Source: Hemiscyllium ocellatum (Eukaryota). Taken from it: a DNA stretch of 64,000 nucleotides. This document shows positions 40,101-52,100 of the stretch, piece after piece. The DNA lies in NCBI RefSeq assembly GCF_020745735.1, contig NC_083417.1:38192001-38256000 (forward strand), written 5' to 3'. The translations under genes were made by a program, and so were the position numbers. The notes beneath the pieces are model-generated. The model was not told the origin of the DNA. It saw nothing but the letters and a program-made list of their open reading frames with translations, and ran no database searches. The first letter of the stretch is position 1; each line of letters starts with the position of its first letter.

Positions 40101-43100
40101 ATAAAGGGTGACTTGGTCACGGGAGATTGGCATCTGTGGAGTTATTTCAGTAATCATTTTTAAACACATAACTGTATTATTGTATTTTCCCCAGCAATGA
40201 ATGTGAACTGGTTGTGAAAGAGTCCTATTGGTGAAAGCTTGTCTCATCGTGATGAAATTGGACAGCTATGAAAGAGGGAAAACAGTTTCTAGGCTAACCA
40301 TGCTATTGGAATTAATACACAACATACTTGAAAATGTCAGGCCAGGTCCCTGAAATGGAGATTTGTCATAGATGCCTTGTTGATCTTGACAATGAACACT
40401 CAGACAGGTGCTAATATGTTTTTTTTCACCACAAGATACAAGTTGATTAGGTTGCAATTAGAGTGTTTTGTGCAATTCTGGAATCCACAATATAGGAGGG
40501 ATGCTATTGTACTAGAAAGACTGCAGAGGAGATTTACCAGGATCTTGCTTGGGCTGGAGAGTTCGAGTCATGAACAGTTATAAGATTGGCTGGGATTTTT
40601 TTCTTTGCAGCAAAGGAGACTGGTGGTTAGTGGGGGTATGATTGAGATTACAGAAGTATGGAGTCATAGACGTGGTAGATAGAAATTATCTACCACGTCT
40701 ATGACTCCATACTTCAAGGAACATTTACCCTTGATGGAAGAATCAATGACAGGTGGCATAGATTTAGGTATGGGGAAAGAGGTTTAGAGGAGAAGTGAGG
40801 ACATTTTTTTTCCACTCAGGGAGTGATGGAAATCTGCAACTCACTGCCTGTAAGGGTAGAGGAGACAGAAACCCTCACATTATTTGAAAAGTATTTAGAT
40901 GTACACTTGCAATGTGAGGCATAGTAGGCTATTGGCCAAGAGCTGAAAAATGGGATTAGGAAAGTTAGGTATTCATTTTTGACCAGCGCAGACTCGATGG
41001 GCTAATGTGCCTTCTTCTGTGCTGTAGGCCTTTGACACTATGACGCTAATGTTACACTCATTGTTAACATAGTTCTGGAAGACAACCCATACTGAGAGCA
41101 AGATATGATGATGTGGAGGTGGTTCCAGCACAGCCTTGGTAAGATTAACACTAGAATCAGAGTTGAGAGTGTGTTGCTGCAAAAGCACAGCTGGTCAGGC
41201 AGCATGCGAGGAGCAGGAAAATAGACGTTTTGGGCCGGAGCCCTTCATCAGTTCCAGCTCAAAACATTGATTTTCCTGCTCCTCGGATGCTGCCTGACCT
41301 GCTGTGTTATTCCAGCACCAGACTCTCAACTCCGATCTCCGACATCTGCAGTCCTCACTGTCTCCTAACAGTAGAATCAGAAAACCCAATTTAAGACTTT
41401 GCCTTATTTGCCATGGGGCAGGATCAGAAATGCATATAAAGACAGACCAAATAAATCAGCTTTGTTAGCCAAAAACTGCGTTCTCTGAAAGAGGAAGGGT
41501 AGACTGATCAGCCACCAAAAAGATATGCCAGGAGTTTCAAGGAGCTCTGACCATCTGAGATAAACCCTAGCCGACTAGTGCCTGGGACATTAGAGGTATG
41601 TATAAATTCATATACTACATCTTATAGATAAAATAAAAGCATTGGACACAAGTGGAACAGGATCTATTTTTTATGACAGTTCAATACCTACAGTGAAACC
41701 CACAAAAATGTGTCTTAGGACTGAGTCCCTTTCCCTTATATCTTCAACTAATCTAAGTGGTTAACAACTTTCAATCCCAATGGGCAAAAATTGATTTATC
41801 TTCTGAAATTCAGGATTTAAGCAATAAAAAAGAAACCAAATTTCAAATCAGGGTTGAGAACCCAAAATGTGAATATTTTCCAGGCCTCATCTCAGTAATC
41901 CTCAGCTAATTTTAAAAATAAATGCCTGAGTTGGGCAGGAAATATTCTCAGTGTCCAATTGACTCCACTGAAGATCTCTATGAGATGGGAACTGTCAGTC
42001 TGGTACCAGCAGCAAATGTTGACAACAGCAATACTCAGGTCCTTTGCTTTCTAAAGAGCAGGCAGCTCTTTAGAGGGTTAGCTTGCATTAATGGAAGGAA
42101 TGTAGACGCGCAGCCAAATGCAGATAATACCCATGCCACTGCCCCACATGCCCTGCACAAACACTTTACAGTCAATGTAAGTACATTTTCAGGTCTCCCC
42201 ACTATGAACTGACAGCTGGTTATTACATGCATCAGATTGTTCAGGTTCACTGTACTTCCTTTTGAAAATGACAGTGTTATCCTCCCTGCCTCTATAGGAG
42301 CTTAATGAGCTGTTATTTGGAGATGAGCTGCTTCCAGATTCTCTCTTCTCTGCTTTCACTCCTAAAAATAGCAACCCCTCCCTGAAGTGTCAGGATCCAG
42401 AAAGGATCCGTAAATGTGATTTTAAAATCATTGCCACGCAAGGTCCTGATCCCACTGGGAATTGAAAAGTGAGAAAGTGTCAGCATAAAAAAACCCATCA
42501 GGAATGTATAGTTGAATGCTGTGGATGATAAAAATAATTACAATCTACGGTACCAGAAACAGCAAGATATAGTACTATCTTTAAAAATGATTTATATTAT
42601 AATATCTTCTATCTTACATCATTGACAGAGCATCACGCTTACATGAACTGCTGAGGGGGCCAACACCTTTTAGGGAAACTAGAAATGCCCATTAAATTCA
42701 GTCTTGCCAAATTCACACCATTCCCACAATACCAAGTTCCAGAAAGTCTGATCATTTACCTTTTCCTTTATTGTTGCAAAAAATAAATGTTCCAAAACAA
42801 ACGACCATGGTGATCATAAAGGTTAGAAGAAAAGTGAGCAATGTTCCTGATCTTATTCTTGGGTTGGATCCTAGAGAAATGCAAGACCAAAAACGTGTTA
42901 ATGTTGATTTAGCCAACACAGACAAACAGCAGTGAATAATTAGGATTCATCACAGGAAACAGAAAAGTTCTCACAACACAGTATAAGGCAGCATTACACG
43001 TGACACATCATAAACCTCCTTTATTGATAAATGAAGCAGTGGCCCCTCTTCTGTTTTTAATCTCTGGTGAATAGCCCAAATATTTTGTAAGTCAAATGGC

Positions 43101-46100
43101 CTTACTATGTCCATCTAATATATTAGATAAGCTTGAAATTTTTAAAATGTATTTCAGAGGATACCCATTAGTGGAATTCTTTCAGTAGAAATAGCAACGT
43201 GAAATGTGTGACAGTTCAGCATCTGCACAGCAATTTAGATTGTGATGTCAGTAAGAAAATAATTACTTATTGATTCAACATTCTACTCAGTCCTGCTCTG
43301 CACCCAAGATACACTACACCTAAAGTCTGTTTAGAAAATAAAATTTTTCATCTTTTTACCCTGAAGATCCAAAGCTGGCTTTATCAAAGTCTGCGTTTTA
43401 TGGATATTAGGAGTGCAATTTGGTGATCATAATAAAAGCCATATGTTGATGAGTAGTACTATGACAATGAGATGGAAAAGAACAGCTTTGTCAGCGGTTA
43501 GAAAAAAAAGTCATTTTTAACTGTTGGGCAACATAGTTAGCACTGCTGCGTCACAGTGCCAGAGAACCAGGCTTGATTCCAGCCTTGGGTGAGTGTCTGT
43601 GTGGGGTTTGTACATTCTCCCTGTATCTGAGTGGGTTTCTGCTGTTTGCTCTGGTTTCCTTCCACAGATGTGCAGGTAAGATGGACTGGTCATGCTAAAT
43701 TGGCCTATTGTGTCGAGGGATGTCCAGGTTAAGTGGATTAGCCATGGGAATTGCATGGTTACAGGACTAGGGTAGGCAGGTGGGTCTAGGTGGGGTGTTC
43801 TGAATATCGGTGCAGGCATGATGGGCCAAATGGCCTCTTGCACAGGGTAGGGATTCTATGTCTCTGTATTTAAATATTTAGGCAGGAAACAGAAAGGGTT
43901 ATTTTGGCTTGTATGTAAGATCCACTACCAAACCCCGAAAAGGATTTGTGATAATAGAGGCTCCAAAGAGTAATTTTCCACTCTACACTGATACCATTGA
44001 GAGGAAGTCAATTTCATGCAGATTTCATTGATAAATCCTCTGGAATACATACAAAAAACAACTGGGAGTTGGCGTAAATAGCAAAAATGTTAATTTCCAT
44101 ATTTTGACCAAGGAACAAAAGAATCCACTTTTAAACTTCCACATAAATTAGATTGTTTACTCGACATGATGGAAGGTTATTGCTTTGTCATCCTGTAATT
44201 TTCAAATGAATTTCTGTGAAAGTCTGGCAGTATTTCTATTCAACTATCCCTCTGAAATGTGAAAAACCTTCATAAATCCTCTGCAATTTAAAAGAACACG
44301 TAAGCAGAGAACAATCTGAATGATCAAACAAATCTGTGACAAAATTAAAATCTGGCAAAACCTTTTATAATGAATCAATGTTTACACTTGAAGGAACCAA
44401 ATAATGTCTGTTACTTATAGTGATCCATCTGTTGTATGGCTCTCTTATACAAATTCAAGCCAAGACCCTCAAAGTGGAAAAAATAGAATTCATGGCATAT
44501 TAGAATTGAGAAGTGTTTCATGCCATTTACTAGATCTCATTTTCTTTTAACTACTCACCCTTGATTGTCAAACTAACAACTTTTTGTAGAGGTATCTTTA
44601 AAGCTTCATGAATAACTTTGCAGACATAGGAAGCCCCATCATCTGTTTGAATGCCTTTGATGATAAGGAACGAAAGCAGATTAAATGTCCCATCTTCATT
44701 TTGTTGAGGTGATCCTGTAACCGCTCTTGATGTAACATCAAGTTGGTTTTCACTGTCTTGTGAGCCACTTTTTAACCAAGAGATAGAATGATTTTTTGGA
44801 TAAAAGTTTTTCATCTCACAAATGATTACTTTGTCTTCACCAGGTTCAATTACAATGTTTTCAGTGTTCACTGAAACTGTAGGAGGTGCTACAAAGACAC
44901 AAGGAAAAAGGATAAATATTATATTATTTTTATTAGCATTATTGGCATTACTTTAAAATACATCATAACAATGTTAGTCAATGTGGTCCCTCAAACCTAT
45001 TCTTCTATTTAATTAGTTCAGTGTTGGTCTGTGATTTAACTCCCAATTTGTTCTTTGTCTCATATACTTCAATAATATTGCTCAGTGAAAGTCCAGCTAT
45101 CTCAGATTTAAAATTATTATTTTACTGAGTGCAAAAGTGAGTTAAAAATTCAATCATAATTTGTGTGAAGTAGGATTTCCTAATGGACTTCTGAACAATC
45201 TGGCTCTGATTTTGGATAATGCTCCCTCTCCCATCAGTGGAAATGACCTCTCACCAGTGGTCATATCAATGACTATGACATCTTGAATTTTTGATGTTTG
45301 TATAATCTTTTGTAATTTATTGCTTGCAGCTCAGATCTTCTGACAAATACATACAATACTCTCCCAAGACATCTGATTTTCACTTACAGCAGATACTAAT
45401 GATTATGGATCACTTTGGGTTTAATTAAACTGTAGGTTCAACACCCTTTCTTTACATATTTCAGTATTTAATAGCAAGTGGAGAAGAAATTCTGTTTAAT
45501 TTGTTCAACATTTCTGATGGAAGTTATTGACCTCCAGGTGAACTCCATTTCTCCCTTCACCAATACAGTCAAACTTGTTATTTCCAACATTTTCTATTTC
45601 TACTTCAAACTTCTAGCAGCTTCAGTACTTTCCTTTTGGCTTAGTAAAAATCATTCTCAGGTTGACAATTTTGAACTTGGATGGTCAAATGTCAGGAATT
45701 TAGGTTTCAGTATTAAAGCTGTGTTCTGGAAATGATGACAAAGCCAGGAATATTGTATTCTGGAAAACAGGTCACTTTGACTTGTTGATTTATGTCCACA
45801 AGGTATGAAACTGCACTGTTCAGTTATTTGAAGGAAGGATCTACAATTGGCCACCAAGGATAGTAAATGCTTCACCCCAACAGTTCAGTTTGCTGACTGT
45901 AAACAAAATCAATTCAACTCATATGATTGCTTCTGTGTTTTTTCTAACTTGCAAGACAGATTAGAGTAATTTTACAGATATTGCACCGTAGCTAAATAAA
46001 ATATCTACTCTATGTCTTAAAGAAGAAACACAATGGTCTGTATTTTGTGGCATCAGCAAAGCACCAGCATTCACCTTTGACTTTCATAAAAGTTATACAA

Positions 46101-49100
46101 AAAAATCTACCAATTTCTGTGGCAATTTCCTTTTCCAAGGTCAGTTTTATTGCTGGTACCAAGCCAAAGTGTCTCAAAGCATCAAGCAACAGTGGATGTG
46201 ATCGATTTGGATTTCCAGAAGGCCTTTGACAAGGTGCTGCATGGGAGGCTGCTAAATAAGGTAAGGACCAAAGGTGTTGGAGACAAGATCCTGCCATGGG
46301 AAGAGGATTGGCTGACTGGCAAACATTAAAGAGTGGAGATAAAAGGGTCTTTTCCAGCAAGCCAGGCAGTGATTATTCGAGTTCTGCAGAGGTCAATGTT
46401 GGTATCACAACCATTCATGTTATCCATTAATGATCTGGCTGAAGAAACTGAGGGCATTGTTGCTTAGTTTGCAAATGACACAAAGATAGTTGGAGGGACA
46501 GGCAGTGTTGAGGAAGCAGGGAGGCTGCAGAAAGAGTTGGACAGGCTAGGAGAGTGGGCAAAGAAGTGGCAGATGGAATACAATGTGGGAAAGTATGAGA
46601 TTATGCACATTGATAAGAATAGAGATGTGGACTACAAACAATTTGGAGATGTCTATCAGGTCACCCCTCAGCCTCTGTCATTCCAGGGAAAACAATCTCC
46701 TCATAACAAAAACCCTCCAGACGAGGCAACATCCTGAATAAACCTTTTCTGCACCCTGTCCAAAGCATCCACGTCCTTCTGATTGTGTGGTGATCAGAAC
46801 TGCATGCAATATTCCAAATGTGGCCGAACTACAGTTTTGTACAGCTGCAACATAAATTGCCAACTTGAATATTCGATGCCCCGGCCAATGAAGGCAAGCA
46901 TGTTGTATGTGTTTTGACCACCTTATCAACCTGTGTTGTCACTTTTAGGGATCTGTGGACCTGTACATCTGAATCTCTCTGTATGTCAATGCTCCTAAGG
47001 ATTCTGTCCTTTATTGCATAATTCACAGCTGAATTTGATCTTCCAAAATGCATTAACTTACATTTGTTTGGATTAAACTCCATCTGCCATTTCTCTGCCC
47101 AAATCTGCAATCTATCTATATCCCACTGTATCCTTTGACAATCTTATTCACGGTCTGCAACTCTAAAATTTTGGTATCAATAAACAATGTAGACAATAGG
47201 TGCAGGAGTAGGCTATTCGGCCCTTCGAGCCAGCACCACCATTCATAATGATCATGGCTGATCATCCACAATCAGTATCCTGTTCCTGCCTTATCCCCAT
47301 AACCCTGGATTTCACTATCTTTGAGAGCTCTCTTTCTTGAAAGTATCCAGAGACTTGCCCTCCACTGCCTTCTGGGGCAGAGTATTCTGGGTGAAGAAGT
47401 TTCTCCTCAACTCTGTTCTAAACGGCCTACCCCTTACTTTTAAATTGTGTCCTCTGGTTCTGGAAACATGCTGCCTGCCTCCAGAGTGTCCAATCCTTTA
47501 ATAATCTTATACAGCTCAATCAGATCCTCTCTCATCCTTCTAAACTCAAGTGTATACAAGCCCAGTCACTCCAATCTTTCTACATATGATAGTCCCACCA
47601 TTCTGGGAATTGACCTCGTGAACCTACGCTGCACTCCCTCAATAGCCAGAATTTCCTTCCTCAAATTTGGAGACCAAATCTGCACACAATACTCCAGGTG
47701 CAGTCTCACCAGGGCCCTGTAAAGCTGTAGAAGGACCTCTTTACTCCTATACTCAATTCCTCTTGTTATAACAGTCAGCATGCCATTAGCTTTCTTCACT
47801 CCCAGCTGTACCTGCATGCTTGCTTTCATTGACTAATGAATAAGAACACCTAGGTCTTGTTTTACTTCTCCTTTACCGAACTTGACTCCATTTAGATAGT
47901 AATCTGCCTTTCTGTTCTTGCCACCAAAGTGGATAACCACTGATTTATCCACATTAAACTGCACCTGCCATGCATCTGTCCACTCACCTAGCCTGTCCAA
48001 GTCACCCTGTATTCTCATAATATCCTCCTCACATTGCACCCTGCCACCCAGCTTTGTGTCATCAGCAAATTTGCTAATATTACTTTTAATATATTGTAAA
48101 CAGCCGCAATCCCAGCACCGAACCTTGTGGTGCCCCACTGGTCACCGCCGGTCATTCTGAAAAGGACCCGTTTATCACTGCTCTTTGCTTCCTGTCAGCC
48201 AGTCAATTTTCAATCCAAGTCAGTATTTTGCCCCCCATTACCATGTGTCCTAATTTTGCTCACTAATCTCCCATGTGGGACTTTATCAAAGGTTATCTGA
48301 AAGTCCAGGTACACTACAACTACTGGGTCTTCCTTGTCCATCTTCATAGTTACATTCTCAAAAAATTCTGGAAGATTAGTCAAGCACGATTTCCCCTTCG
48401 TAAATCCATGCTGACTCTGACCTATCCTGTTACTGCTATCCAAATGAGTTGTTATTTCATCTTTTATAATTGACTCCAACATCTTTCCCACCACTGATGT
48501 CAGTCTATAATTCCCTGTTTTCTCTCTCCCTCCTGTCTTAAAAAGTGGGACAACATTTCCAACCTTCCAATCCACAGGAATTGATCCTGAATCTACAGAA
48601 CATTGGAAAATGATTCCCAATGTGTCCATGATTTCTAGTTAAATACCCTGGGATACAGACCATCAGGTCCCGGGAACTTATGAGCCTTCAGACCTAACAG
48701 TCGATCCAACACCATTTCCCGCCTAATATAAATATAAATGCCCTTCAGTTCATCCATTATCCTAGGTTCTGCAGCCACCAATACATCTGGGAGATTGCTT
48801 GTGGCTTGTGCCAGTGAAGACAGATCCAAAGAAGCTATTCAACTCTTCTGCCATTTCCTTGTTTCCCAGAATAAATCACCCATTTCTGTCTTCAAGGGAC
48901 CAATTTTAGTCTTAAACTTTTTTTTTCTAAAAAAGCTTTTACTATCCTCCTTTATGTTTTTGGCCAGTTTGCCTTCGTACCTCATTTTTTTTCTCCACGT
49001 ATTGCCTTTTTAGTTATCCTCTGTTGCTCTTTAAAAAAAGTTTTCCAGTCCTTTAGCTTCCCGCTCATCTTTGCTATGTTATACTTCTTCTCTTTTACCT

Positions 49101-52100
49101 TTATACAGTGCTTAACTCATCCACAAACTTACTAATCAGACCACCTACATTTTCCTCCAGATCATTTACATATGTTTACATTTATTTACATAATAAGCAT
49201 GTTAGCATTCATTTCAAGAGGGCTAGAATAAAAGAGGGACGTATTGCTGAGGATGTACAAGGCTGTGGTCGTACCGTATTTGGAATATTGTGAGCTGTTT
49301 TGGGCCCGTATCTAAAGAGGTATTTGCTAGCCTTGGAGTCACTCCAGAACAAGTTTACAAAAATGATCCCGGGGATGAAGGGCTTTCCATACAAGGAGCA
49401 GTTGAAGACCCTGGCTCTGTAATCAATGAAGTTTAGAAGGCTGAGAGAGGAATCTTATTGAAACTTACAGAATACTGAGATAACTGGACAGAGTGGACAT
49501 GGAGAAGATTTTTCCATTAGTAGGAGAGACTGGGACTCAAAGGCACATGCTCAGGGAGAAGGGATTCCTTTAGAACTGAGATGAAGTTCTTTAGCCAGAG
49601 GGTGGTGAATCTGTGTAATTTGTTGCTTCAGAATGCTGTGGAGGCCCAGTCATTGAGTGTATTTAGGACAGTGATTAGAATTGGGATCAAGGGTCATGGG
49701 GACAAGGCAAGAGAATAAGCTGAGAATTGTACCAGCCATGATTGAATAGCAGAGCAAACTCGATGGGTCAAATGATCTAATTCTAGTCCCAAATCTTATG
49801 GTGTTCATGGCAATGCCTCAACCAATTAGCACCCTTGTTCTCATGCACTATAAATTGTTTCAAAACAAAAATGCTGGAGATCTGAAACAAAAACAGGAAC
49901 ACAAATTGCTCAAGAATAGCAGCAGGTCTGGCAGCATCTGTGGGAAGAAAGCAGAGTTAATGGTTCAAGTCTGAACTGTTAGTAACTGTTAGTAAGTGTT
50001 TAAGCAAAAATGGTATTTATGCAGTGGAGGGGTAAGCAGATACATGGAGATGAAACCCAGAGAGAGTGAGAGAGAGAGAGAGTGAGAGAGAGAGTGAGAG
50101 AGAGAGAGAGACAGAGAGAGAGAGAGAGACAGAGAGAGAGAGAGATATGAAAGGGGTAGATAAACAGGGAGATAATGGATAGCAGGCTGGGACAGCAGCA
50201 TTGTAACGTACATATTCCATATCAATGGTGTATTTTCTCTCTCTGGTTTGACAATGCTTACATATAAAATTGTCATATTTCTATTTTAAAACAAAGCAGA
50301 CAAGGCAATGTGCTGTCAGATACAAACTATAAGTCACAACAAATGATTAGATCTGAACCATAGCCTCAGATGGGCAAACCTTTCTGTGCCAGTTCCAATC
50401 TTTGCATTTGCTTTACTAATCGTTATTATGACCACTTTGAGTCATCAGGCCTATTTTTATAGCCAGATTTAAATGTATGCACACTAGAAAGTAGGCTGGG
50501 AGCTTAAAGATTCATCATTATGACAAACATTACTTTGGTATTAAAAGACATTATCCAGCTAAAGACAACACTGCGTGGTACCAGAACAAAACTTCTAATA
50601 GGATTGAAACACACAAAAATAGTCTTGGTGGGTATCTTCTCTTTTCTTTGCCACTGTGGGAGGGAGCACATCTCAGCTTCTATAGGGATCTCATCACAAG
50701 ACACCAATCTTCCATGCACCTCCCCAGCCCCCATGGTGCTTAGTTTAATGTTGAAATTAGTACAGTGATTTTCTTCCCTTAATAGTAGAAATAGCCTTGT
50801 GACTTACCAGTTTATGTCAAAGTTGACATTTTCCAATTTGAACTCAGTTTAATTTAGAATTGTTTTTCATAATTGAAAGAGCAATTTGTAAGAATACAAC
50901 AACAATTCAGGAAGTACTGTAATGTGTTATTTCTATTTTTTTGTGCCACCTTTATTTGGAGCTTCTGAGCATGATTTCTTGGTTAGGTTTGAACCATGAG
51001 CAGTCATGGATTGCAGTCAAAATCCTTAAGGACTTTCAGCAGCTGTCAGGCAGAGGTGACTTTTAAACCTCTTAACGTAAATTAGATTATATTCAAACCA
51101 GATTAGATCAAATTCAAACCCTGAGGTGACTGCTACTAACTTAATGCTGTCAAATCTCTATTTCATACACTTTGATTTCTTTACAGTTATTCACCCTGAG
51201 ATATTAAAATTTAACTTTTCTCATTCTGTCAATAGGCTGGTTTTTGAAGCTCTTTCATCTTCAGACAGTTTTTCACAGCTACCTATTTTTACACATCGTA
51301 GATAATTTATCAGTCTGCCAGCCAGAATGGATCACTTTTGCCATTCAGCTTTATTTTGTTTCATATAAATTCCCCCCACTATTAATTTATTTAGGCAGGA
51401 GTCTCCCTGTACATTACAAGTTTACATTCCATAAACCAAACTTTTTCACTCACACATTAAGTATAATTTTTTCAGGCTCACTGCACAAAAGTGTGAAACC
51501 TGTTCCACTCCAGTCGCTCAGTAATTTTCAATTCTTTACTATCTTTTCCATAACATAAAGTTTTGACTGGCAATTCCTAACCAGCACATTGTAATTAAGT
51601 CTAGTTTCCAACCTGAATTGTTCCCACATTACAGCTTTACAAGACTGACCCTGGAAATGGAGGGCTTGTCATATGAGGAGCAGTTGAGGACTGTACTCGA
51701 TGGAGTTTAGAAAGAGGGCTCTCGTTGACATTTACAGGATAGAGTGGACATGGAGAAGATGTTTCCACTAGTAAGACAGACGAGGACCAGAGGGCCCAGA
51801 CTCAGTGAAGGGACAACCCTTTAGAAGTGAGATAGGACAAAACGCTTCAGCCAGAGGTTGGTGAATCTGCAGCACTCATTGCTGTAGAGGGCTTTGGCAA
51901 CCAAGTATTTAAGGCAGAGATAGATAGGTTCTTGATTAATGAGGGAATCAAAGGTTATGGGAAGAAGATAGGAGAATGGGATTGAGAAACACATCAGCCA
52001 TGATTGAATGGCAGTGTGAACTCAGTGGGCTAAATGGCCTAGTTTTCATATCTTACGGCCTTACAGAAACTCACCTGGTGGATATTTTGGCATCCAGAAA

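Noticed and set aside
49989-50276. ORFs with LSLSLS runs
   Set aside because: Translation of the (GA)n microsatellite.
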